In this document: piece by piece, positions 24,073-37,055 of the stretch
Position numbering within the stretch: position 1 is the first letter of the stretch
How the letters are laid out: every line of letters begins with the position of its first letter
From: Macrostomum lignano
Lineage: Eukaryota
Assembly: GCA_002269645.1 (NCBI GenBank)
Contig: NIVC01000815.1
Coordinates: 237,902-301,901 of the forward strand
DNA: 64,000 nucleotides
Reading direction: 5' to 3'
The notes under the pieces: generated by a model
Told to the model about the DNA's origin: nothing
Seen by the model: only the letters and a program-made list of their open reading frames with translations
Databases searched by the model: none
Position numbers and translations under genes: made by a program

Positions 24073-24578
24073 TCAAGTTGACGCCATCAGCTGGTGCGGC
24101 TTCTGCTTCTCGTCCGAGCCGCAGTCTTTGTCCCAGTCTTTGTCGCATACCATCGAGCCGGACGCGACAAGGCCGCTCTTCATCAAGAAGCTGCTCTCCT
24201 TCTGTCGCTTCTTCTGTTTCATTCTACGATTCTGGAACCAGATTTTCACCTGGGTCTCGTTGAGCGTCAGGCTGTTGGCGATCTCAATGCGCCTTGCTCT
24301 CGTCAGGTACTTGTTGAAGTGGAACTCCTTCTCCAGCTCTGTGAGCTGCTTGTTGGTGAAATTTGTCCTGCCGTTGCCGGGGGCCATGAGGCAGTGCGAC
24401 GGTGCCTGCTGGGGGTCGAGGGACAGCGGGCAGACTGGCTGGCGAGAGAGCGGGTGGCAGAGCAGCTGCTGCTGCTGCAGCTCCTGTTGCTGTTGTAGGA
24501 TCTGCTGTTGCTGCTGCTGTTGTTGCTGCTGTTGTTGCTGCTGTTGCTGCTGCTGCTGTTGTTGTTGCTTCTTGCAGT
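24073..24578 (-). CDS. Hox1: Hox1/labial, coding exon 2: polyQ linker, homeodomain (about 24381-24202) and short C-terminal tail
   Basis: [59 protein letters not shown] has the paralogy-group-1 diagnostics ([29 protein letters not shown]). The acceptor TTTTCTCGCTCAACAG (AG at 24580-24579) is in the correct phase and there is no stop between it and the homeobox. Confidence 0.95.
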
Positions 24579-24676
24579 CTGTTGAGCGAGAAAAGCAACA
24601 AAAAAATTGTCTTAGTTTTTCACCCTTTAGTATTGAAACGGATGGGTCTAAGGGAGCCTAGGGGTATAAGTGGTTT

Positions 24677-24882
24677 AACAGTCGGTGAGAATAACATGGC
24701 CTTCCCAACCGGTGAGAATAACCTGGCCTTCCCAACCGGTGAGAATAACCTGTTATGTTCACCCAGGCCTTCCCAACCGGTGAGAATAACCTGATTGTGT
24801 TCACCGGTGATTAGAGGTCTTCCCAACCGGTGAGAATAACCGGGATTGTGTTCACCGGTGATTGGGGGTCTTCCCAACCGGG
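24677..24882. repeat. Short degenerate tandem repeat (TTCCCAACCGGTGAGAATAACC core)
   Basis: About 6 units of 24-40 bp. Confidence 0.85.
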
Positions 24883-25489
24883 TTGTAGAACTGATATTTA
24901 TAACTTGCTCTTAAATGGTCTGTATTTTTCTTGCTGTTAGTTTACCTTGCACCGCATTGAAGAAACAGACAAATAATTTTCTCTCAAAGCCCCGACACCC
25001 AAAAGCTTAGCTTAACAACAGAAAATTCTGGCAACAAATGTTCATAGTGAAATGTCCTGTTTTGTAAACCAATACCCAGTATTTACGTAGCATAGCTACA
25101 ATTTTTTTTGGTTTCGCAAATCTGCATCCTGGAAATAAAGCATTTCGAACTGGAACACTGGAAGTCGCAAGTCAGTTTTGAACATCCATCACCCAGCTGC
25201 TGTCTCTTGTGGCTTGTGTTACAATGCTTGGATTGCTAGGCCCCCCTATACGCTGCCCTATTCAATCACCTTTCAGGTTTGTTGGATGTCACCGCGGCAA
25301 AAGTGATATATTATATGCGTGTTGATTGCGGCCAAGTGTTTATGCTGCCCCGATGGGGCGGGGAGGCTGGGGATCCTCAGAATCCCGGGCCTGTTGCTAG
25401 GCTGATCTGTACCACAGGGACAATGGGATTGGGAAGGAAAGTGAGATGACAACTTTCTCCTTGGAGGTCTTTGCGCCTTCCTTGGGTGC

Positions 25490-26725
25490 GAGAGACGGGG
25501 GAGACGGGTGAGATGGAGAGGGAGACGGGTGAGATGGAGAGGGAGACGGGTGAGATGGAGAGGGAGACGGGTGAGATGGAGAGGGAGACGGGTGAGATGG
25601 AGAGACAGACGGGTGAGATGGAGAGAGAGAGACGGGTAAGGTGGAGAGAGAGACGGGTGAGATGGAGAGGGAGACGGGTGAGATGGAGAGAGAGACGGGT
25701 GAGATGGAGAGAGAGAGACGGGTGAGATGGAGAGAGAGACGAGTGAGATGGAGAGGGAGACGAGTGAGATGGAGAGGGAGACGAGTGAGATGGAGACGGA
25801 GACGAGTGAGATGGAGACGGAGACGGGTGAGATGGAGACGGAGACGGGTGAGATGGAGAGGGAGACGGGTGAGATGGAGACGGAGACGGGTGAGATGGAG
25901 AGGGAGACGGGTGAGATGGAGAGGGAGACGGGTGAGAAGGAGAGGGAGACGGGTGAGATGGAGAGGGAGACGGGTGAGATGGAGAGGGAGACGGGTGAGA
26001 AGGAGAGAGAGACGGGTGAGATGGAGCCGGAGACGGAGACAGGGACAGGTGAGATGGAGATGGAGACGGGTGAGATGGAGAGGGAGACGGGTGAGATGGA
26101 GAGGGAGACGGGTGAGATGGAGAGGGAGACGGGTGAGATGGAGAGGGAGACGGGTGAGATGGAGAGGGAGACGGGTGAGATGGAGAGGGAGACGGGTGAG
26201 ATGGAGAGAGAGACGGGTGAGATGGAGAGGGAGACGAGTGAGATGGAGACGGAGACGAGTGAGATGGAGACGGAGACGGGTGAGATGGAGAGGGAGACGG
26301 GTGAGATGGAGAGGGAGACGGGTGAGATGGAGACGGAGACGGGTGAGATGGAGAGGGAGACGGGTGAGATGGAGAGGGAGACGGGTGAGAAGGAGAGGGA
26401 GACGGGTGAGATGGAGAGGGAGACGGGTGAGAAGGAGAGGGAGACGGGTGAGAAGGAGAGAGAGACGGGTGAGATGGAGCCGGAGACGGAGACAGGGACA
26501 GGTGAGATGGAGATGGAGACGGGTGAGATGGAGAGGGAGACGGGTGAGATGGAGAGGGAGACGGGTGAGATGGAGAGGGAGACGGGTGAGATGGAGAGGG
26601 AGACGGGTGAGATGGAGAGGGAGACGGGTGAGATGGAGAGGGAGACGGGTGAGATGGAGAGGGAGACGGGTGAGATGGAGAGGGAGACGGGTGAGATGGA
26701 GAGGGAGACGGGTGAGATGGAGAGA
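25490..26725. repeat. Polypurine minisatellite, 21-bp unit (GAGACGGGTGAGATGGAGAGG)
   Basis: Direct inspection; explains the ETGEMER ORF. Confidence 0.97.
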
Positions 26726-27133
26726 GAATAAGACACTGAGAGAGACAGTAAATAACTAATGCGGTTAATACAGCTATGAAAAATATTTAAAAATACGCTA
26801 AGTCACAGCACTTTATCCCTGGAATTTCGAGTATACTAGTAAACAAAAACTGGTAGCTTAGTGCATAAGAGTCGATCTAAATTTTGCTCTTGTGAGCATA
26901 GAGCTCTGCAGCATAATATGCGTTACACACTGAGCTGCAAAGCTCCTTCCTGTTCTGCATACAGACATTGCTGTCTCTCGCATCGCACGCATTTTAATTC
27001 AATATTGATGCGTAGCCGAACAGGGACAGCCTCACTCGACATCCCGCAGACTCTGCTACCAGTGACCAGTGGTTGCACTTTATAGTCAGTTAATTTCCAA
27101 CCGAAATAGCAGAGCGAACAGCGAAGTTCTAAA

Positions 27134-29375
27134 GTCAGACCCCACAGATCAACACAGACACTCAGTTGTTGATCTCGCTCAGACCCCACACACAGACACT
27201 CAGTTGTTGATTGCTCAGACCCCACACACAGACACTCAGTTGTTGATCTCGCTCAGACCCCACACACAGACACTCAGTTGTTGATTTCTCAGACCCCACA
27301 CACAGACACTCGGTTGTTGATCGCTCAGACCCCACACACAGACACTCAGTTGTTGATCGCTCCGACCCCACACACAGACACTCGGTTGTTGATCGCTCAG
27401 ACCCCACACACAGACACTCAGTTGTTGATTGCTCAGACCCCACACACAGACACTCAGTTGTTGATTGCTCAGACCCCACACACAGACACTCAGTTGTTGA
27501 TTGCTCAGACCCCACACACAGACACTCAGTTGTTGATTGCTCAGACCCCACACACAGATACTCAGTTGTTGATTGCTCAGACCACACACACAGACACTCA
27601 GTTGTTGATTTCTCAGACCCCACACACAGACACTCAGTTGTTGATTGCTCAGACCCCACACACAGACACTCAGTTGTTGATTGCTCAGACCCCACACACA
27701 GACACTCAGTTGTTGATCGCTCAGACCCCACACACAGACACTCAGTTGTTGATCGCTCAGACCCCACACACAGACACTCAGTTGTTGATCGCTCCGACCC
27801 CACACACAGACACTCAGTTGTTGATTGCTCAGACCCCACACACAGACACTCAGTTGTTGATCGCTCAGACCCCACACACAGACACTCAGTTGTTGATTGC
27901 TCAGACCCCACACACAGACACTCAGTTGTTGATTGCTCAGACCCCACACACAGCTACTCAGTTGTTAATTGCTCAGACCACACACACAGACACTCAGTTG
28001 TTGATTTCTCAGACCCCACACACAGACACTCAGTTGTTGATTGCTCAGACCCCACACACAGACACTCAGTTGTTGATTGCTCAGACCCCACACACAGACA
28101 CTCAGTTGTTGATCGCTCAGACCCCACACACAGACACTCAGTTGTTGATCGCTCAGACCCCACACACAGACACTCAGTTGTTGATCGCTCCGACCCCACA
28201 CACAGACACTCAGTTGTTGATCGCTCAGACCCCACACACAGACACTCAGTTGTTGATTGCTCAGACCCCACACACAGACACTCAGTTGTTGATTGCTCAG
28301 ACCCCACACACAGACACTCAGTTGTTGATTGCTCAGACCCCACACACAGATACTCAGTTGTTGATTGCTCAGACCACACACACAGACACTCAGTTGTTGA
28401 TCGCTCCGACCCCACACACAGACACTCAGTTGTTGATTGCTCAGACCCCACACACAGACACTCAGTTGTTGATTGCTCAGACCCCACACACAGACACTCA
28501 GTTGTTGATCGCTCAGACCCCACACACAGACACTCAGTTGTTGATCGCTCAGACCCCACACACAGACACTCAGTTGTTGATCGCTCCGACCCCACACACA
28601 GACACTCAGTTGTTGATTGCTCAGACCCCACACACAGACACTCAGTTGTTGATCGCTCAGACCCCACACACAGACACTCGGTTGTTGATCGCTCAGACCC
28701 CACACACAGACACTCAGTTGTTGATCGCTCCGACCCCACACACAGACACTCAGTTGTTGATTGCTCAGACCCGACACACAGACACTCAGTTGTTGATTGC
28801 TCAGACCCCACACACAGACACTCAGTTGTTGATTGCTCAGACCCCACACACAGACACTCAGTTGTTGATTGCTCAGACCCCACACACAGATACTCAGTTG
28901 TTGATTGCTCAGACCCCACACACAGACACTCAGTTGTTGATTGCTCCGACCCCACACACAGACACTCAGTTGTTGATCGCTCAGACCCCACACACAGACA
29001 CTCAGTTGTTGATTGCTCAGACCCCACACACAGACACTCAGTTGTTGATTGCTCAGACCCCACACACAGACACTCAGTTGTTGATTGCTCAGACCCCACA
29101 CACAGACACTCAGTTTTTGATTGCTCAGACCCCACACACAGACACTCAGTTGTTGATTGCTCAGACCCCACACACAGACACTCAGTTGTTGATTGCTCAG
29201 ACCCCACACACAGACACTCAGTTGTTGATCGCTCAGACCCCACACACAGACACTCAGTTGTTGATTGCTCAGACCCGACACACAGACACTCAGTTGTTGA
29301 TTGCTCAGACCCCACACACAGACACTCAGTTGTTGATCGCTCAGACCCCACACACAGACACTCAGTTGTTGATCG
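27134..29375. repeat. Minisatellite, 36-bp unit (CTCAGACCCCACACACAGACACTCAGTTGTTGATTG), about 62 copies
   Basis: Direct inspection; explains the 749-aa QTPHTDTQLLIA ORF. Confidence 0.97.
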
Positions 29376-30034
29376 CCCATGCCAGTAGATCAGCTATAGA
29401 AGAGGCTGACAGTATTGCAGGCAGCCTCATCAAGAAAATTCCCGACTTAAAGCCATACAGAATTATAAATCAGAGCTCTCAGCCCCAGCTCTCCCTTGAT
29501 CCCTTCGTGCCCCCTTCGCCAAATTGACAGAGCAAACTTTGGCCGCTTTAAGTCTGTCTCCCCCACCCAGGACGCAGCTCCATATACAAGAGCGAGGGCA
29601 AACAAGTGGGGGACAACACACTCATGCACCAGAGCAAACCCATATGAGGATTAGAAAGTGTAGGACCCCAACTGAAATTATTAATTCTGAATGAGCTGCA
29701 TAACCAAACCCAAACCCCTCCTCCGGTCCTGCGCCCTGCACACCTGAGGAATCATGCGCAATATAAGCTCGGGAAGCTGAAGGGGATGCAGAATGGCATC
29801 GGGGGATGGAGATCAGCCACTCACTCCCTCCCATTTTCCAACGATCCCAAACTCGCTCGCTCCCCCTCTCGCCGCGAAGGTAAACACAGATATATTTTAG
29901 TCCCCCTTCGAGAGCTGCGATGTCCCGCATTCTAACGAAAAAGCGACGAAGAAAGAGGAGACTCGCGAGGGGCTGCCCCAGCCTTAGAAAAGGTAGAGAC
30001 GCCCATATCATTGTCTCAGTAGTTTTGCCCCAAT

Positions 30035-30870
30035 CTCATGGGAAAGTCTCACCCAGGAGATCTCATGGTTGATGGCTGCCATTCTCATGGGCAAGTCTCA
30101 CCCAGCAGATCTCATGGTTGATGGCTGCCATTTCCATGGGCAAGTCTCACCCAGCAGATCTCATGGTTGATGGCTGCCATTTCCATGGGCAAGTCTCACC
30201 CAGCAGATCTCATGGTTGATGGCTGCCATTCTCATGGGCAAGTCTCACCCAGCAGATCTCATGGTTGATGGCTACCATTCTCATGGGCAAGTCTCACCCA
30301 GCAGATCTCATGGTTGATGGCTACCATTCTCATGGGCAAGTCTCACCCAGCAGATCTCATGGTTGATGGCTGCCATTCTCATGGACAAATCTCACACAGC
30401 AGATCTCATGGTTGATGGCTACCATTCTCATGGGCAAGTCTCACCCAGCAGATCTCATGGTTGATGGCTGCCATTCTCATGGACAAATCTCACCCAGCAG
30501 ATCTCATGGTTGATGGCTGCCATTCTCATGGGCAAGTCTCACCCAGCAGATCTCATGGTTGATGGCTGCCATTCTCATGGGCAAGTCTCACCCAGCAGAT
30601 CTCATGGTTGATGGCTACCATTCTCATGGGCAATCTCACTCAGATCTCATGGTTGATGGCTGCCATTCTCATGGGCAATCTCACCCAGGAGATCTCATGG
30701 TTGATGGCTACCATTCTCATGTGCAAGTCTCACTCAGCAGATCTCATGGTTGATGGCTGCCATTCTCATGGGCAAGTCTCACCCAGCAGATCTCATGGTT
30801 GATGGCTGCCATTCTCATGGACAAATCTCACCCAGCAGATCTCATGGTTGATGGCTGCCATTTCCATGGG
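30035..30870. repeat. Minisatellite, 49-bp unit (CTCATGGGCAAGTCTCACCCAGCAGATCTCATGGTTGATGGCTGCCATT), about 17 copies
   Basis: Units start at 30035 and 30084; each carries an ATGGC-T-GCCAT mini-palindrome. Confidence 0.96.
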
Positions 30871-32387
30871 CTGACAAAAACAATGCTTTTTCCTACAGCA
30901 AATATCCCGAAGGAATTCAATTAACTTCGCGCAATAACAATTGCAAGAAGCGGGTCCTTCACTCACTCGGGGTCTTCACTGTTATCTCTGGTTTGCAATT
31001 GTTGCATTCTGACTCCGCACTAGACTAGGGGGGGGGGGGGTGGTCAGAAGAATTCTGATAAATTCTTACATTCTAAATTTATTGCTTCTTCTGCTCTGAG
31101 GTAATAAACAGAGCTAAACTGTAGGATATTTGTTTCTGATCTTATTTCCACACCTGCCTTTGGGATGTTGTAAGTCCATTGTTACACTTGCTACTAAATT
31201 CCCAAGCAGCCTTTGCCCCCTTCTACAGTTCTTGTTGACCCTCCCCCCCATTAAGCTCGAACGATAATTTATTGATGAAGAAGAGGAGTCAGAGGAGCTT
31301 TGTCCTTTCTGATTAATGCGGATCCACTTATGCCATAGGGGGGCATTGGGCCACCTTCCCAAGCCTCCCGCCTTCAGGCGCCACTTCATAATTTTTCTGC
31401 ACAAAAGTTTACCCAAAGAGTCCCTGCAGCCGAAGTAGCGAATGCAATGAGGGAGGAAAGAGGCGGAGGGGGGGGCAGCCAGTGCCAGCAAAAGATGGCA
31501 TAAAGATTTATGGTAGGTGCGCTCCGAGCGGCGCTTCAGAAAATGTTTTCGCTCGTTCTTATTTTTCCAATATAAGGCTCCGACCGGCCTTTCCAGGTAG
31601 GGTATAGCATTGCATATTTTCGGTTAGCCGTATTGTTAACAATATAAGCGTATCAAACCGCGGTGACTTCAGGTGGGGTGGGGAGAGGCAGGGCAAGGCC
31701 AGGTAAGGGAGCGAAACATCTGTCAACAAGCAATAAATCAAAAGTATTCCGTATTCAATAGCGTATATAGAATATCTCTCTGTGTATAGGCCTGGCAGTT
31801 GAAGTCCAGCCTGGGGCTGCAGTTATGATATATATATTTGAAACTGATAATTACATGGACGGGGGATATTAAAATCTTTCGTAGGGGAGGGGGGTGACTG
31901 TATAGGCCAGTCTGTCCCCAACAGTTTTTCATTTTCACCCACCGGTTTAATACTCATAAGTGCGAAGTTCGAGTCACGGGATGCGAGCTTGCTCACGAAC
32001 TGCTGGGGGGGGGGGACACCTCGCCATGTGGCGATCCAATATTTGACAAGTGAGAGCTGCCCTGATTTCTGGGCTCTGCCGCCCGTGGGAACAAACTCGA
32101 TCTGGTCTGCTGTCCGACTCCCGGAGAAATGATGAATTGTTGCAATTAAATTTGGATTTTATCCCTCGAGGAACTTTCGAGCTGCTTGCAGTTGGCAAAG
32201 GGGAGAAAGTTTTTTTTGCTTTCATTTTATATCCCTTGACCCGAAAGCTGGTGGCCAGATTAAATATTTGTGAGCAAGAAAGCGGTCTGACATTGCAGAT
32301 GTGGGCACAATTTTGATTTTCTAAATTTCATCAAGCAAGTCAAACTTGGCGCTTCGAGACTGCTTGTCGAAAAATGTTGAAAGCAAA

Positions 32388-33343
32388 TAAAAACACAACA
32401 AAGGTTCAGGGTCTCCCTCAGATAAACACAACAAAGGTTCAGGGTCTCCCTCAGATAAACACACAAAAGGTTCAGGGTCTCCATCAGATAAACACAACAA
32501 AGGTTCAGGGTCTCCCTCAGATAAACACACAAAAGGTTCAGGGTCTCCCTCAGATAAACACACAAAAGGTTCAGGGTCTCCCTCAGATAAACACACAAAA
32601 GGTTCAGGGTCTCCCTCAGATAAACACACAAAAGGTTCAGGGTCTCCCTCAGATAAACACACAAAAGGTTCAGGGTCTCCATCAGATAAACACAACAAAG
32701 GTTCAGGGTCTCCCTCAGATAAACATACAAAAGGTTCAGGGTCTCCCTCAGATAAACACACAAAAGGTTCAGGGTCTCCCTCAGATAAACACACAAAAGG
32801 TTCAGGGTCTCCCTCAGAGAAACACAACAAAGGTTCAGGGTCTCCCTCAGATAAACACACAAAAGGTTCAGGGTCTCCCTCAGATAAACACACAAAAGGT
32901 TCAGGGTCTCCCTCAGATAAACACACAAAAGGTTCAGGGTCTCCATCAGATAAACACACAAAAGATTCAGGGTCTCCATCAGAGAAACACAACAAAGGTT
33001 CAGGGTCTCCATCAGATAAACACACAAAAGGTTCAGGGTCTCCCTCAGATAAGCACAACAAAGGTTCAGGGTCTCCCTCAGATAAACACACAAAAGTTTC
33101 AGGGTCTCCATCAGATAAACACACAAAAGGTTCAGGGTCTCCCTCAGATAAACACACAAAAGGTTCAGGGTCTCCATCAGATAAACACACAAAAGGTTCA
33201 GGGTCTCCCTCAGATAAGCACAACAAAGGTTCAGGGTCTCCCTCAGATAAACACACAAAAGTTTCAGGGTCTCCATCAGATAAACACACAAAAGGTTCAG
33301 GGTCTCCCTCAGATAAACACACAAAAGGTTCAGGGTCTCCATC
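32388..33343. repeat. Minisatellite, 33-bp unit (AAGGTTCAGGGTCTCCCTCAGATAAACACACAA), about 29 copies
   Basis: Direct inspection. Confidence 0.97.
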
Positions 33344-33405
33344 GGAAAGCTCGGTAAAGGTTCCGTTTATGACACTAAAAAGTATAACCCATATAAACTA
33401 ACCCA

Positions 33406-33455
33406 GTTAAATCCGATGTCATGTTCATGGACATGTCATGGACATCGGATTTAAC
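33406..33455. other. Isolated inverted repeat: perfect 15-bp arms around a 20-nt spacer
   Basis: GTTAAATCCGATGTC (33406-33420) and GACATCGGATTTAAC (33441-33455). Confidence 0.85.
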
Positions 33456-35758
33456 GAATTCAGGACTGCAAGCACTTCTGTTGGCCACTTGTAATAGCTT
33501 CAATAATGTTTGCACTGCATAGCGCTTATACAAACTTTGATACTGAATGGGCACTTGGCCTATCTATTTAGCATCGCCATTACAATTGTTTGTTGCTATA
33601 CCGTGGCTTCTGGTTGGTATATAGTAAGCACAGGATTGGGCCCGAACGCAATCCGAAAATGTTAGTTATACAGTTTGGCTTCGACTACTTTTTTTGGTCG
33701 GAGGAGTTTCGTTTTCGTCTTCGGTGCAGACTGCCGGACCTGTTGCGTCAGTCAGGACCGGGGTTGGCATTCCGAACTGAAGGGTCTTCTTGTCTGGCAA
33801 TCTGTTGCCTAGGCCTGGGGCGATATACTAGGAAACCCATTACAGAAACCTTGAAACTGACAAACTGTGCACATTGCTAAGACTCCCTACAGGTTCTGTG
33901 TATCTTGCCCCCCCCCCCTTATCAGGCTTCCCATTGCTTGTTTACTAGGTTAGTATCTGCATTCCACTGACCGGAGGTGCCGTATCCAAAATATGCCACC
34001 GATTTAGTTGGAGACGCACGGAGGAGGTCGAGCCCGCGGCGAATGTGGGGATAAATATTATGACTATCAGGCCCTATTAAGGTAACTGCGGTAAGCCATG
34101 TAGGGTTTATCACTCTTCGAGCCGGCTTAGCAACTATTAGATAACATGACCGGTGCACAGGATGCACACTTATAGTATACACAACCACCATTACCGCTAA
34201 TTGTTAATTGTTATACAATGGTCTGTCAGTCCTGATAGTCCGTTACGCAACCAAAGCCTTGTGTGTTTACAAAGAGGCCACAGGCTGCTTGCCTGGCCAT
34301 GGTGTTTTTTGTTACTGCCTTTGCCGGACAAGCGCGGGTAATTGGCTGTCAGGCAGAAAGAAACGAGAAAAAAGGAAGCCTGGAGGTTGGACGTCCTTCT
34401 TGAAGACGGAACGTCAAGAGAGGCAGATGAAGGCAGCCCCCCCCCCTCCCAAGCAACTAAAAATTGCAGCCCAACACCGCAAACAAACTTATAATAGCTG
34501 CATGGGATCATCTTTGACAAAGAAATTCTCCCAAAAAAACGTCTTGATTATATTGATGATGAATGAGTTCGCTGGTTTGCTTGATAATTACCATGATCTG
34601 CTGCTATCATGCAGGGAAGCTTTGCTGACTGGTATATAGTAAAATTTCACCTTCGTTATATGATCTTTAGTATAGCTTCAGGTAAAAATGAGCAAAGTTG
34701 TGACCCTAAAACTGAATAAATTAGCTTCAGGTAACTAAGTGACTTGGTTCCGCAGTGACACCCCTGAAAGAAAATCGAGATTTGCCTTCTATGCGCATGT
34801 AAGTTGTGCAGAGGTGTCAAAGCAAAAAAATTACCCACGTAAAAACTCGCCTCCCCCTGTTGTCATGCGCAGTTGACATGCGGCAACTTGCCGGAAATCG
34901 CTGGTCCATGACTGGCGCAGTTCCATTTATGCTGCTCAACTGCTCAAGCTCAACCATCCTACAGACTCAAACACCATCCTTTCATTTCAGCCTTGGCAAC
35001 TACGGGAAGGTGACTGCTCAGTGAAGTATATAAATGCATCTTGTATGCAGGCAAGTACTCGAGTGCTAAACCCCAGGAGACTATAGAAATCATAACACAA
35101 AATGACTCAGGAGCCATCAACTTATCGCCGTGTTGAATCGCCCTCGAAAGAAAGACGCGGATTTGGGCAACTCCCAAGCAACCCCTTCCCCCCCCCCCTG
35201 CTTTGAGCACAGAAACCCGACGGAGCGCAACTGAGCCCCTGGGAATCTCCTTGATTCTGAGAGCGAGTCCTGATCCCCACAAAAAAGATGCGGAGAGAAA
35301 TAAAGAAGCTTTATAAGAGAGGAAAGTTGGCAGCTTTCCCTCTTCGCTTAAGCCTGCGCCCCGCGCGCTTGATCGGTCAAGCGATTAAACATCAGCTCAC
35401 TACCAGCGGAGTCATATAAGGCACGGATCTTGGCGTGTTGTTGGAGATAGCTTCCTGCATGGCAGCAAACGGCAGGTGTCAGGTGTAGGAAATCCCCCAG
35501 AGACCCTGATTTTGTATTTAGAGACTATAAGATTAGCATTAAAGTTCAGTACATAGTAGATTGCACACCCTGTGTCAGTGCAGTGGTGCCATTGTGCTGA
35601 GTATAAGCTACTCGTATGTGTATAAACTTCAGGGATCAGTCAGTCAGTGACAGTTGGGCCCCTCGGAAAGCGTTAACGTTATCCAATTAAGGGATGGAAC
35701 TTTCTCTACATTCTTGGCAGCAACACGACAGCAGAGAGAGAGCCAAATAATGACTTAC

Positions 35759-36692
35759 CTTTGCCGGTTGCCTTCGGCTGATGCCGCTTGATCTCCATCC
35801 ACTTGAACGGTGGCGATCCGCCGCTCTCGCCTCCGCCAAGAACGCCGCCGCCGCCTCCGCTGCTGTTGCTGCTGTTGCTGCTATTGTTGTTCGCGTTGGC
35901 TTTGCTTCTGCTTCCGGAAGCATGCGCAGTTGCCGTTGCACTGCCGCCGCTGATGCCGCCGCCAACGCCGACTGACGTTCCGCAGACCGGCGACGGGCTG
36001 ACGCTGAGTTCGCTGCTGCTGCCGCCGCTCGGGCTGTGCGGGCACTGGTGCAGCAGGTGCTGCTGCTGCTGCAGATGCTGCGAACCCGTTGAATAGCAGT
36101 TGATGTCGCCGCCGCCGCCGCTGCTGCCCCATAAAGAATTCACGGCGGCAGTGCCAACCGCGGATGCTGGCGTAGATTCCTGCTTGATGTAGGCAGCGGC
36201 TGCCGCCGCTGCGGCCGCGGCTGCCGAAGCTGTTGAAGGATACTGCTGCTGCTGACACTGGGAATAGTACTGCTGCTGCTGCTGCTGCTGATGCAGCACC
36301 GGCTGCTCCTGATGCTGCAGGTACAGACCGTAGGGTGAATTTATTTGATGGTGCTGCTGCTGCTGCTGGGGATGCTGGGGATGAAGATGATGCTGCTGAT
36401 GAAGCTGCTGCTGTTGGTGATGAGTCTGGAAGGCGGCGGCTGTATGATAAGCAGCGGTAGCTTTCGTAGCTTCTATCAGCGATCCCGGATGTTGTTGATA
36501 AGCCAAGCTATCCAGGTTGCACAGCGAGTAGCCACCAGCTGCACCTCCCGAGTTCATCATTCTCAAAGCGGCAGCTGTGGTCTTGCTGTCACCGCTGCTC
36601 CTGTCACTTACGCCAATGTAAGAAGCGCCTGAGTAGCCTGTAATAATACTGTTGCTGCTGCTGCTGTTGTTGGGGCCAAGGACTCCGGCCAT
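35759..36692 (-). CDS. Hox1: Hox1/labial, coding exon 1: Q/H/A/G/S-rich N-terminus and the PBX-binding hexapeptide PFKWMEIKR
   Basis: GC-rich ORF starting at ATG 36692. FKWM at 35807-35796 resembles the PG1 hexapeptide (T-F/Y-x-W-M-K-V-K-R) and is followed closely by a consensus donor. Confidence 0.92.
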
Positions 36693-36856
36693 AGACTGAC
36701 AGAGGGGAAACTGCGCTTAAGTCAGCTGTGAGAATCTTAATTTGAAGGATTGATTTGAATCTTTTTTTGAGAACCGATTCCCGCGGCCGCTAAAATGGAG
36801 GGAACGCCAAAGTTTGAAAGTGACGGACTCTCCTCTCTCCACCTCTCCCTCCCGCC

Positions 36857-36973
36857 ATTGGCGGGCGCATTTCTGTCCAATAAGAACTGCGACCCATCGG
36901 CTCCCAAAATTCCTAAAGCCCACCCTTTTTGGCCCCCTTTTTTCCCGCACCGAAAGGAAACTTGCCAGCCAAT
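36857..36973. promoter_or_regulatory. CCAAT-box cluster upstream of Hox1
   Basis: ATTGG at 36857, CCAAT at 36877 and CCAAT at 36969, 165-280 nt upstream of the ATG. Confidence 0.4.
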
Positions 36974-37055
36974 TATTTGGAAGGCCAGCCCCCCGAAAGA
37001 GAGAGAGGAGAAGAGAAATATATTAGCCAAATGTGGCGGCCAAGTCGGAAGCCTT

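Larger units (their letters stand above)
24579..35758 (-). other. Hox1: Hox1 intron, 11,180 bp, phase 1, about half tandem repeats
   Basis: Donor AAG|GTAAGT (GT at 35758-35757) and acceptor CAG at 24581-24579. Joining gives …KATGK-D-CKKQQQ… in frame. Additional small internal exons cannot be excluded. Confidence 0.88.

Noticed and set aside
24073-24387. Stand-alone 104-aa homeodomain protein starting at ATG 24387
   Set aside because: The frame is open upstream to a good acceptor at 24579 that is phase-compatible with the hexapeptide exon, so the ATG is internal.
24128-24661. Poly-Cys ORF on the plus strand
   Set aside because: It is the antisense shadow of the CAG/CAA polyQ tract of Hox1 exon 2.
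35706-35758. C-terminal GKSLFGSLSAVVLLPRM of the 328-aa ORF
   Set aside because: This is read-through into the intron past the consensus AAG|GTAAGT donor.
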